Of a stretch of 64,000 bases of DNA, positions 26,901 through 39,600 are shown in pieces. Each line of letters starts with the position of its first letter. Position 1 is the stretch's first letter. This DNA comes from Balanoglossus misakiensis. Taxonomy: Eukaryota; Animalia; Hemichordata. Where the stretch lies: NCBI GenBank assembly GCA_040954595.2, contig CM082585.2:11389451-11453450 (forward strand), in the 5' to 3' direction. The notes under the pieces are model-generated. The model saw only the letters and a program-made list of their open reading frames with translations, was not told the origin of the DNA and made no database searches. Made by a program: the position numbers and the translations under genes.

Positions 26901-29133
26901 CGAACGTTCCTCACTAACCTAACAAGAAAAAATAAAAAGATGATTTGGAAGGGTTTTTGAACGCAAACTAGGCAATAACGGGAAAAAATTGCCCAGTGAG
27001 GCAATGGGGTAAAGTTGAGACAGCCTATGCATTCATAAGCTCTCCTGTGAAGTGGAGATATTTCCAGTTAACACATATCTTAGTGCAACCAGGTTTTTTT
27101 GCATGGCTAGTGAGCACATGGCCAATGAAGCTATGGGTATGTACATCATATGCTGCAATTAACATTACTTAAGATTTCGCGTGATTCCAACCGATTTCAG
27201 TACATATCTGCTTTCTCTCTCTCAGGCCTGCCTAGTCGACAGACAAACGACCGCTTTTCTTCGGCTGCCTGGCGATTTCAATGGGCATTTCGCACATGGT
27301 TTGGCGGCATCTCATGCTTAGATGGGCGTAGGAATCGACGTGGGCTACTGACACCGAAGAAAAGATGCAGCCAAAGAGAAAAACGAGATGCGAGAAGACG
27401 TTTTCATTCTGGGGAAAAAAAACAATTTGTCCTGATAACTCCATGTGAGGCAAGGCACTGTAAATGATGAACACTGCACATTGCAACTAAAGTCTTACTT
27501 CCTCTAATGGCATGTACTTTTGATCGAAGCAAGTTATTATTTTTCCTTCAAAAAATCACTCTTCGTTAACTTTCAAATCTCCACAAGACCCCTTTTTCAT
27601 CCTGAAGCTTGTGTTTTTCCCTCTGCGTCCAAAACAATGTGCTTTGAAAATTAACAATATCTGAAATCAAAATTGTTTACATCACTGCATTGTTTGATTG
27701 TGCCAGACAAACGCTGGAAAACAAAGAATCTCGTGCATCTCAGTGTTCGAACCCTCGAGACCACTTCCCTGTTTCTCCGCTCTCACGAAGCCAGAGATGA
27801 ATTTTACCGAAATTGACATGCTAGTTTGAGATTCCCAGACGTCGTTTGGGGAATTGGGTTTGTACGGGCCAACAACTTCCACTGTAGAAAACCGTGTAAT
27901 ATCGTGTAAGCGGTTGTACCAGGGGACAACTTAATGAAATGCCGAGCAGTCAGTTTAAGGAGTCGGGACTTAATGAAGTATATTCTGTATGTATCAACTC
28001 GAGAAAGACAAGGGTTCTCCATCTAAACCAATCAACTGTCTTATCTTAAATTGAAGGCCAACTCGCTTCTACTTGGGTGAAATTTACAAATTCTGGTGTG
28101 CGCGCCCCCGACGGACCTCTATCACTACTGACGGACAGTTGACCATAACTTTATTATAAGTACAAAAGCGAGCCGTCTTTCGCCAATTAGATAATATTAG
28201 TCCGGTCCGTTGCTGCTTCTCTGATCTAAATTGTCTATAATTAGTTGGGATTTGGGTGTTACACGCCATAATTTGCCGAGCAAATGGCCGCGATTGGAAG
28301 ACAGAGTTAAACCATGTAGACAACAATCTGGACTGATATATTTTGACACACACAATCATTTCAATAGTATCAGGCTGACTTAAAGTAAATACCCCTCAGG
28401 ACGATTTCCCACAAACGGTCCATTTCTTTTATTTTTCTTCAGAATCTCCTGTTTGCCAAAGCCCGTATAATATTCTGATTTCTGGCTATTAGTGAAATCA
28501 AAACAAGGAATTTGATTTGCAATATTCCAGAGAGAGAAAGGCGTCTTTGTTTTGTTATGATTTCTGTGACATTCTATGATTTATTGAGATCCAGTGACCT
28601 CTACCAACAATACACTTGGTATACTTATCAATTTTTGATCACAATTACCACAGCGCCTCAAAAGAGTTGCTTAAATTACAAGCGTGTATGTGGATATCAA
28701 CAAATCAGTTTATTTTCAGGAGAGACGAAAAAAAAGTGAAACAGTATTGAAACTAAGGAATCGCAAAGGTGTTCTTTCCAGGATGTGAGTTCATCAAACT
28801 GTGGCGGCACTCATCATGTACATGTATTTGTTTATTTCTGTATTTTTGCGACTTCAGTTACGTGGGTTATGGTTGACTTATTTTAGCATAAATGTAAAAT
28901 CCTTTTAAAGACGTGTGATAATTAAAAATATTTGACGACGCCTACGGTGTAGAAGGATTTTGGTTGTATGACGATTCAAAACAGTCACATGCACGCCAAG
29001 ATATATAGAAACAAACCAAAAAAATCGCGTCAATGACACGGTGGTCCCATTGAGTGATTACACAAGAAAAAGTCTACACCGAAGTACATGGCCATATACA
29101 TGTACAGACAGACACACACACATAGCGAGAGGT

Positions 29134-29545
29134 CAATGGGCAAACACTGACTGACCCATAAGCTGCCAATGGCATATGTACTGTACATACACTAAATAGA
29201 ACAGCTGGCCTCTTTAAAACTTAGCCAGTTATGTAATCATTCAGGAATTTGCTGTGTTTATATGAATCACAGAGGGGAGTTCCTGCCTAATTAAAACAAC
29301 TCAATAAAGTAAATACCCACCACTTTGCAAAGCAATCTGACCAGTAGTTCTTGAGTTACTGAGTTTTGACCAAATTCACATTTTTCCAGCTAATTTGCAT
29401 ATTTTAGGCAATGACAACTTCATTTGAACAAACTCCCATCTACAGCCCAGCCTGCATCAGCACACTGAATATCAAGGTGATACACGCAGTGGTTTTCAAG
29501 TTTTTGATGTGGACGGACATACAGACATACATCCATCCATCCATA
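29134..29545. repeat. Direct duplicate of 31018-31385 (HINE core block)
   Basis: CAATGGGCAAACACTGACTGACCCATAAGCTG...GGACGGACATACAGACATACATCCAT is present at both positions with few substitutions and one 42 bp indel. Confidence 0.96.
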
Positions 29546-29634
29546 CAGTCGCAATGGTACATACCAATGGGACCCAACAACAATCTAATATCAGACTGTC
29601 GACACAGAAATCTGATGGGACGATGAATGCCAAG

Positions 29635-30395
29635 ATGAACTGTATAGCTCTCAAATCACAGCAAAAGAAGGTGATACAAAAGCTTGGGGTGTGTTGCACT
29701 GACCTGCGTTAACAGATCCCGTGAGGAGTACGGTGCCCAGAGCGCTAACACATACCCAAACTCCAGTGACCTCTTTTGCACACAACAATACAATGGCGGA
29801 CTCGCGCGAGCCTCTCACAAACATAAACATCCTTGTCTCTACAAAATGAACACAGTAGAGCTCTCAAATCACAGCAAAAGGAGGCGATACAAAAGCTCGG
29901 GGAACATGTTGCGCTGACCTGCGTTAACAGATCCCGTGAGGAGTACGGTGCCCAGAGCGCTAACACATATCCAAACTCCAGTGACCTCTTTTGCACACAA
30001 CAATACAATGGCGGACTCGCGCGAGCCTCTCACAAACATAAACATCACTGTCTCTACAAAATGAACACTGTATAGCTCTCAAATCACAGCAAAAGAAGGC
30101 GATACAAAAGCTCGGGGTGTGTTGCACTGACCTGCGTTAACAGATCCCGTGAGGAGTACGGTGCCCAGAGCGCTAACACATACCCAAACTCCAGTGACCT
30201 CTTTTGCACACAACAATACAATGGCGGACTCGCGCGAGCCTCTCACAAACATAAACATCCTTGTCTCTACAAAATGAACACTGTATAGCTCTCAAATCAC
30301 AGCAAAAGAAGGCGATACAAAAGCTCGGGGTGTGTTGCACTGACCTGCGTTAACAGATCCCGTGAGGAGTACGGCGCCCAGAGTGCTAACACATC
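29635..30395. repeat. Tandem array of ~3.5 near-identical 213-215 bp units inside the HINE
   Basis: The marker GACCTGCGTTAACAGATCCCGTGAGGAGTACGG starts at 29701, 29916, 30129 and 30342 (periods 215, 213, 213). A fifth, partial copy starts at 30777. Confidence 0.97.
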
Positions 30396-30604
30396 CCCAG
30401 TACGAACTCATGGACACAAACTACATTTCTAGGTCCAAAACTTTAACTACAGTGAGACAAAACTGTTAGGCTTTTCTCATATTTAAATAAAGTATTGAAA
30501 TGCAAAATAAAGTGTTAAAATGCAAATTAAGACCGACAGGAGTGGTTCTTCTTTTCTCCAACGAAGTTCAACTTTGCTCAATGGGCAAACACTGACTGAC
30601 CCAT
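30396..30604. repeat. Direct duplicate of ~30830-31043 (HINE internal block)
   Basis: TACGAACTCATGGACACAAACTA...CAATGGGCAAACACTGACTGACCCAT is nearly identical at both positions. Confidence 0.95.
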
Positions 30605-33600
30605 GACGATCCCATTGTTGTTGGGTCCCATTGGTATGTAAATTGGGACCCAACAACAATCTAATATCGGACTGTCGACACAGAGATCTGATGAGACGAT
30701 GAATGCCAAGATGAACTGTATGGCTCTCAAATCACATCAAAAGAAGGCAATACATAAGCTCGGGGTGTGTTGCACTGACCTGCGTTAACAGATCCCGTGA
30801 GGAGTACGGTGCCCAGAGAGCTAACACATCCCCAATACGAACTCATGGACACAAACTATTTATATTTCTAGGTCCAAAACTTTAACAACAGTGAGACAAA
30901 ACTGTTAGGCTTTTCTCATATTTAAATCAAGTATTGAAATGCAAAATAAAGTGTTAAAATGCAAATTAAGACCGACTGGAGTGGTTCTTCTTTTCTCCAA
31001 TGAAGTTCAACTTTGCTCAATGGGCAAACACTGACTGACCCATAAGCTGGCCTCTTTAAAACTTAGCCAGTTATGTAATCATTCAGGAATTTGCTGTGTT
31101 TTTATGAATCACAGAGGGGAGTTCCTGCCTAATTAAAACAACTCAATAAAGTAAATACACACCACTTTGCAAAGCAATCTGACCAGTAGTTCTTGAGTTA
31201 CTGATTTTTGACCAAATTCACATTTTTCCAGCTAATTTGCATATTTTAGGCAATGACAACTTCATTTGAACAAACTCCCATCTACAGCCCAGCCTGCATC
31301 AGCACACCAAATATCAAGGTGATACACGCAGCGGTTTTCAAGTTTTTGATGTGGACGGACATACAGACATACATCCATACATACATACATCCATACATAC
31401 ATACATACAGACGCAACCCATCCCATAAGGTCCCATGGTATATATACCAATACAAATGGGACCTAAAAACTGATGACGTTTCCAAATGCGGGCTCAGAAT
31501 CTCTGGGGGATTAATTAGGACTAAGTGGTAAAAGTGGACAATACTCGTTAAGACTCTGAAAACAACGATAGCGCGCAGGAAAGCGGGCATGCCCATGAAA
31601 ACAGTCCGGCGATTAAGTGGAGGCAATCAAGACGAAAACAACGATTCTGTGCCGGTTTACTATAATACAGTGAGGAACGTAGCGAGCGTCGTTGTGAGAC
31701 AATTCGACGATCAATTAGGCGTCATCTTGGATGGCTAACAAGGCAAAATAGTAGCCCCGAGCATGGTTGCCAAGCCCTAGCCTTCCTCGTAGGCAAATAT
31801 ACGCTAGTTTTTATTGATCGCCTGGTTTCAGTCGTGAGCAACGATACGTCGCATGTTAAACCGTAATACGTGAAAATCAGCCTTCAGCCAGATTTCGATT
31901 TTAACTACACGTATCTATTACTGGGCGAGAGCAAAACCACGCCGATATGACTTTGTTAATATCTCAAACTGGCGGAGACATCGGGGTTGAAACCACTTAA
32001 AACAATGCAGTTACCACGCTTCATTTATCGCTTAATTTCTCCATTTATGTGAATTCTCTGGAGGGAATGCGGTATTGCTGTCACGCTCACCACGCTCTCC
32101 GCAATGTCAGAAATAGTCCTATTTCTAGGAACGCGTCCCTTGACTTCACCGCCGCGAATAAAAAAAAAATATGACCATTTTATTATCGCGTAATTCAATC
32201 GTCACAGTAGAGTTCATCGTGAGATGTTCAGGAGAATCTGCGGCCGTGTATTTTTTTCTAAGTGAAAGAGATGTGTAAAAAAGGAGCATGTAATGATAGT
32301 TAAGTTCTCTCTCTCTGGAGTACGTGTGTGTTTTCTTCAACACCCCCTAAGCGTAATTGTCGAAATTGCCATCATCACGCAAAAGTAAAAACGGCGTCAT
32401 TAATGGCCGCGGCGCTGTGGCAGGTCCCCCCTGCGCTGCAGTGGGCGAAAAAAATGTCACTACTTCGGTCATAGACTCCGGCAAAACACGGGTAAACGCG
32501 AGTATCGAGGGCAGCTGAAGCAGCAGCGTAGAACTGCAGAGTCGTGCCGTTCCTTAAGGAGGACACACACATACACACAGTAACGTCAACTCTTTTCATC
32601 TCAGATTCAAAACTGCGGGCCTCTAACTCCTGTAATGAATTGAATTTGCACAATTAAACGAGTTGTAGGCAGGATTCTATTTATTCTCAGATCGTATATT
32701 CCAAGATAATACGACTAGCTGTAAAGACCCACACAATGAGTCTACGTAAGCGATATTTTGACATGCGATACCGCAGAACGCAAGAGGAGTAATACATCAC
32801 AGAATATTTCATATTTATTGTTGTCCTCGTGTCTTCTCATGTTTCAATTTTGCTTATAACCAACCATAACGTCACAAATATTTACAAGTACATGTACATG
32901 TATATTTTCCTCTGGTGATTGCTTTTAAAGAAGCCATAATAAAATTGAAGCGACACTGATCTTTGTATGTTTTATTTACTCTTTTGGGGAAGCGAGGTAG
33001 TGCAGTGTGCGTTTCTGCGGCTGACTCAAGCCGACACGCGCGCCATCTCCATTACATTACGGCTTGTTTCTTAACATTCAAACGTAAAGAAAGAATTGCA
33101 GAATAAACAGGAGAATAAAACCAGGGGGTATATAAAGAAACGGTATCAAAACAACACGAACGTCTGGAGTTTATACAGACCGGCCAGTGTAAACGATCGA
33201 CATCATGTACAACTATTATTACCAACGGTGTTGTGCGCCATATTGTCGATTTACGAAGCCGGTCTGTTCGGCGGGGAAAATCGTAAATTGTCCGTTTAGG
33301 TCGTTTGCTCTCCATCCGGGAAACTGAGAAATGATGTTCTGTGGATGGGGTCCGCCAGACACTGGATGGTTGAATGGATGTATTTTTGGTCGGTAGATTT
33401 GACAGAAAACGGGCGGTTTCGGAACGAAAACCTTGATCACTTGATCACATCGTTAAGAACTGCAAGCGTGGACGCTACACCTCTACATATCACAACAGCG
33501 TTGAACATTGCATATTTTTTAGTGTTTCTGTTACGTTTGGCGGTTGCTAGGGCCGACTGGAAACAAGAACACTCGCCTCATTAGTTCCGACGGAGAAGCC

Positions 33601-36600
33601 TGGTCTTCGTCAGAACGGGCCACTCGAAGCTGTCAGACAATCTTCGACAGCGGCGGAGTGTATTTTTTCTTTAAATCCGCGGGCTAAAAATAGCCCGACA
33701 GGTAAGGGCCGGAGTCCAAAAATCTGTGGAACTACAACTGCCGTCTGCAGGCAAACCTCGATTTTCGTTTGTACAAGTTTGCGGTCGGCGATAAGTTTTT
33801 GAGAGGGAAACCTAATCGGCTGGCTACGACTGAAAGTGGATTTGGGTGACATATCTTCAGACGGACCCCAAACACGTGCACAGCTATGCGTTTCACAAAC
33901 ATATACTAGTATTTCATGGCTACCGAGGTATGCGACCACGTAAATTGGCTAAATTGTGGCGCAGCTCATGATCCCTTTGTTTGAGGACCACTTTTTGAAC
34001 TATCGAATGGCCCGATCACCATCCAGCGATACGGTTCGAGCGGTGTGGGCGGTCCCACCCCCTTCGTCGAGTGCGGTTTCAGGTATCGGAGCGCGGCCAG
34101 GTAGGAAGACACTGCAGACCCGACTCGCTCAAGCATCGCCACACACGTACGATAAACACACCGAAGCGAAATGCAACGGGTATACGATTTCACAGGGGAA
34201 GTAAAACTTAGCCATGCATCAAACCGTTTCAAAAATATTTTTAATTTCACTTTTCCCCGTTCTCAAGCACAATGGCAAGGTTCTCTGGTGGACACGAATG
34301 TTTTGTTTCCAAATTCCAGTGCCCAAAACAGAACGGCTCGGAGACACAAAGACAAAAAATGTCAAAATCTTTGCCGTTTAGCCCGTTTATTTCTTAATAC
34401 ACTGTAAGTAACACCCTTAATCTGAAGTAAAACTTCAGACGTGGTAAACTCCACCAATAGAATGTAATATTGTATTTTGACCGACTGAAGCATTACATGG
34501 GACCCACAAAACCAGGCAGACGGCAGAAATTTCATTCCGAGCAAAAATAGAATCGATCCAATGAAATGGGTATCTACAGTATATATAGTTATATATAGTA
34601 TATAGTTCCTGGCCATCAAACACACGATAAATTCTGACAACAAATTGCACTGTTCTGGGTGTTTACGTGTGTGTGTTTGTGTCTGCGATTTTCCAGACCC
34701 TTCGATAAAACCTTATGCAATATCCCATAGGAGATGATTTTAATTTTATAAAAATGGTGGTACCCGCCCAAATTAAGTGTAAAAAACTCGGTACGCCCCA
34801 ACGAAGCGAATCCACGAAACCTAATAATACAAACCACAGTACAAAAAATGAAACAAGCTTTTCAGATCCTCAAAAAACTCAAGCTCGACCACGGAGGAAA
34901 ATTACTCCTCATGTCTCTACTCGGTTACAACCCTTTACGTATCAATTGAATTCGTAATTCTATTTGAGGCAAGGTCCATTTCGTTTTTTGCACAAGTAAA
35001 CAGATTTATCCGATTTCATATTTGAAACATGTTAAAGTAAGGTTAACCTATTGATAGTTATGTACATGTTATAGTTCCTATTTATGTATTATTTTGGTCC
35101 CAACGACCTTTACTCGTCAAAAAACAAAGAAAGCTTTATTTACATGTACGCACATAGGGGTATATGTTTGGACATGTTCCAATCCAAAAAGTTTGTTTGC
35201 TTTCGTCTTTTTAGTGAAATTTTTAAACCGTTTTAAACCGAAAATGCGAGAAAAATGCATTTCCCTGTTTGCTTCACATCGTTAACAGAATTATGAACAA
35301 AACGCAAAGTGCTGTTTCTTGGAAGCGAGATATCACAGAACAAGTTATTTTTGGAGACCGTGTGTGCTTAGGATATGCCAGTTTTTTATTGTTTTGTGAT
35401 TGTTTTTGTAACATATCATGTACCCGTTCTTTCAATAACGCACGACGTGGCGGATCCCAGTGAAAACGCGAACCATACGCGGAACACACATGAACAAGGG
35501 ATGCGCGGAGCGTGGCAGGGCAAACAGCTTCGGAAAGCCAGCTTTTCCCTGACGCGTCCCTGGATTTTCCGATTTCCCAGCCGATCCAAATTGATTCCAC
35601 CCATATCCCAGTTGAATCCCCCTGCCTATCAAAACTGATCCTGCGTCCATATCCAGTCGATTTTCACGCCTCCGCGCGTCGATTCTCTCGCCAGCATCCC
35701 GGGAGATTTCAACAATATTGCGTGAGCGACAGACCGGGTGTTGAGACTCGCACCTTCTATACCGATCACACCCGTCCCCATGATAATACGAAACTTGCCC
35801 CCACAAAACCCCAATGACACAGAAAAGACAACCCTCGTGATGCCGTAACTAATATCTTTCGAGCTGACAAGTTTCGCCACCTTCATGCCCCGACAAATTA
35901 ACGGTAAACGAACCGATTATTTTAAGGGTCGGGCGCTTATCAAGTTTTTACTTCAGGCCATCCGATAATGTGTGTCCCCAAACATCTCATGAGCAGTCAC
36001 AGAATGATTTGCTAGTTGGTTAAACTGCACGCCCCATAAACAACTGTGTGCAACGAGTTCTAAAACGTGAAACGAATGAATTATTCTCAGTCCTACATTC
36101 TCCTTGATTATTGGCATTGAACTACACGTGTATTGTACAAAGCTTTGTTTGATTTTCAAACCCATACAAAACTTTAGCCTTGTAAGCATATGCTCACATG
36201 AAAGCAGTGACCGATTTGTTTTTTGGTTGTTGTATTTTTATTCTTAACAAAAAAATGCGTATTTTGAGTTGACCGACCGGTTGTGCTTCTCTGGATAGCG
36301 AAGTTCACACATACATAACTGAATGTCCGAAACAAAGCTTGAAATTTCAAAAATGAACTTTGGCATTGTAAAAAATAGAGTAATTTCGTGAGGAAAAATG
36401 AAACTCGTTAGTCGTTAAATAACATTAACAACTTGAAGTTTGAAAATGACTATGTGAATTTTATAAAAATGACTGGTGTAGGCCCTACTTGTGGTCTTGG
36501 AGAACGAAAGTTGCCATCTGGGTATAGGAGCCTCGGACTGCTTCGGGTATTGTTCGAACATTCAGTGTAACACTAGGCGTTTTCAGAAAGTACTTACAAC

Positions 36601-39600
36601 GCAGGCCGTTCAGACCCCCAACAAATTTGTGAAAAAAACTCCATTGAAAACAGAGATTTTTTTTATCGGGGGCCTTTGTTAAAGAACACTGTTCATTGGG
36701 TTCGAAGAAGCGCCAAAACAGTTACAAAAAAGCACCAAACATAAGTTAGTCATTTTGAAGCAATGAATTTGTCATCAAACACAATCAGACGATAGGTTGA
36801 AGAGCCGGCTTCACTTTGCATGGAGTCACCAGGCTGGCGATGTGTCCGATTTTCCGCATGGGTTCATGATAATACGCACTAGTATTTTGGGGTAATGTTG
36901 GGGTGTTGGGAAATTGTGTGCGTCGTATACCCCCTCTAGAAGCCATTCACTATTCTCTTGTGAGAAGAAAAAAAGCGAAGTTAGCTGCCTGTCGCCGCTG
37001 GTACAGCGATCACATCCAACAACGACTTAATGACGGTCTTACACACAGCGTGAAGATATCAAGAATATCATCTACATCGATAATTGACTAAATATTTCAA
37101 CAATAAAGACTTCAAGCATAGGTATCAGGCACCCATTCTCATGATAGGGGCGGTTTTTTTCAAGAACATCAAGCTATTGCCCGGAGAAGAACCCTAATGT
37201 AGCCAATTTTAGATAAAGCCACTGGGGGAGGGGTTGGCTGTTATCAATTCGACAGGAAACAAATTTCTGTAACTTTTAAATACGTATTTATGCCCAGTGA
37301 AGAAATCTCTCTGTATAGATGAAGGGCTTTTTAGCATTTGCTCTTTCGGTTATCCCGAGGTGAATTTTTTATTGGCTTTGATTTTCTTTCAATGTTCACC
37401 AACACCACCTGGACACAGACAGAACGTGGCAGGACAGCTTGTTTTATAGGTTACAGGACAAATCTCGATAATAGTAAAGAAAATCATGTGAGGTTATACA
37501 CAGTTTCACTTATAGCAAGTTGCTGCAAACGAAAAAGTGAGCTATGGTTCAATTTTATTTTTTAGCTTTTAAGTTTCCAGAGGTTTTCTATCAGACAACT
37601 TGTTACACTGAGTGATTTCGAAATTCTGGTATAACTGATAATAATGATGCTGACGAAAAGGTTGAACAATCAAAAATTAAAAGGTTGGGATCTTGAGGAC
37701 TGATGGGTAAGATTCTGAAGTCGCTGTGACCATGTGTTGTGGGAGGAAAAATGAATACTTGAAGAAAGGATGCAATCAGGATGCAGTTGCTCGCCGGGCA
37801 GAACCCAGCTGCAGAATGCATCAAGCGGGGGATTCGTAATTGGCCCTCCCCATTTTGGACGTGTGACTTCATTTTCTAGGACTTCCGATTTGTTGAGGGA
37901 ACGTGGATATCCAGGTGTTTTGGGGGCCTGCTGCCGCCAAATCAACGGTGAAAGGGTGTGTCGTCTTACTCTCAGAGCCACGCCAAGCGTAACTGACATG
38001 AGCAAATCGTAGACTGTGTGACACCGATATACAGTCCCCGGTACACGGTTCACTTCGCGGGCTTTGTGTTCGTCTTTGTAGGTCATTAGTGGCTGTGTGG
38101 CGGTGGAAAGGACGCAGGAAATTCGAGCAATTGGCCGGCATGAAGACAGCTACCTGGCTGCTCAATGGAAATGCTGTACCGCCATCAACACGGGGAAGCG
38201 CTCAATGGAGACGCTAAATAGGACGATCACATCCAGACAATAGAACGTACAGGAAAACCATATGCATCTACTAAATTTAATATCATATTTCTAAATTGAA
38301 CAAGGCCTTGTCAAATCCAGGAAAACCCCTCTTATGCTGCGCCAGGCTGACCGGACCTAGCTTACATATCCCTAACTGGCAACATTACTCTACCATCAGA
38401 CGACAAAGAATCTCCAAATCAGTTCCAAAAACGATGATTGCACTACTATCCATGTAGGAAGTGTTCCTATACATTTGCCGTTTCTTCGCCCTGAATACTT
38501 AAAATCGAGACAGACTCGTGGAATGAAAGAACTGCACCACTACAACATTCATCCCGAGCGAATAAAATCGCCTGGTGCTTATTTAAATAACGATTTGCAT
38601 GATACAGTAGCGGGCTGAGAAACTAAGGCCTGGGAACAGAACCAATCCACAATGAGGCGGTTTGTTGTGGGATCACAGACGATTTCAAAACAACCGAACT
38701 TTTTTATTTGGACAGACAGAATTGTAAGGATGAATCAAAGTAGCATAGCAATTCATTGAGAAAAAATAATAACACAAGGCTGAATAACTCCTATAACAAC
38801 AACACGACACACAAGTACAGCCCTTCTGGCAAATCTTCACAATTTGTCGTGCATGAATTGTTCATCATATCACCAACGACTCTTTCGCGCCAAAAGCTTC
38901 AAATTGCCTAAACTCTCCTGTTTTTACGACACCCCACGTTGTATTTACACTCTGACTAAAGTTTACCTGAAAAAAAACTTCTGAGATTCAAACTTTCTAA
39001 ATACTTAGTCAATATGACAAATTCTCGTTTGAATTTTGATATAGCACGTTCTTCAAATTTTATATTATTTTCAAAGAAATATGTTATATGTAATATAAGG
39101 AAATTTCATCTCCATTTCATAACATTTTAGGAAATAGTTGTTTTGAGATTATGTTTCAAGTGAAATCACAGGAGGATCAACATTTCAAATCATTACTGTT
39201 CACAATATCGGTGTATTTTAAACTTTTCATTATTCACATGATCTGCCTCAGTTTATTTATATCGATTGGAATGCATTTATTTATTTATTGTTGTATCGTA
39301 TTTTCAACTTACACATAATCATTTCTTTTTTTATTTCAATATCTGACAAATTCTGGCTCCGTGACATTAAATCAATTTATCTAAAGATTTTGGACTTTTC
39401 AACGATCAAATAACAGTCGTACTTTTATAATGTTCTGTCACCTTTTTATCCATATGCGATTATCTGATTTTCTGTAGGCTGTAAAATCGCGTTGCCAATT
39501 CTCAACAAACCTTCCTAAGTTTTATATATCGCCAATCACATCTTGAGTGTAATCATCATTTCTTCAGACATATTTGGAGAAAAAAAACAATTCAAAGTCC

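Larger units (their letters stand above)
29022..31468 (-). mobile_element. Non-autonomous Helentron-associated element (HINE; DINE-1/pearl-like), composite and internally duplicated
   Basis: Read on the minus strand, the 5' end has a T-run, subTIR GGTCCCATT (31463-31455) folding back on its partner (31429-31436), a (GTAT/GTCT)-type microsatellite (~31355-31410) and a core block. Internal tandem repeats follow. The 3' end has subTIR AATGGGACC (29051-29043), a short stem-loop (plus CGCGTCA-A-TGACACG, 29026-29040) and a T-run (plus A7, 29018-29024). No TSD and no ORF. This order of parts is the established HINE architecture. Confidence 0.82.

Noticed and set aside
29700-29750. HDV-like ribozyme on the minus strand (TCCTCACGG resembles loop L3)
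   Set aside because: No upstream P1 partner or P1.1 GG; the nested double pseudoknot cannot be built.
29635-30395. CRISPR-array interpretation of the tandem repeats
   Set aside because: Whole 213 bp units are repeated with no unique spacers, there are no cas genes, and the context is eukaryotic.
30688-30720. Hammerhead ribozyme cores (CTGATGA here and at ~6010, ~43456, ~58484)
   Set aside because: No properly paired stem II followed by GAAA, and no stems I/III with an NUH cleavage site.
29411-31626. Duplicated ORFs (MTTSFEQTPIYSPAC..., VALTCVNRSREEYG...)
   Set aside because: By-products of duplicated non-coding TE blocks; frames are not maintained and there are no Rep, helicase or transposase motifs.
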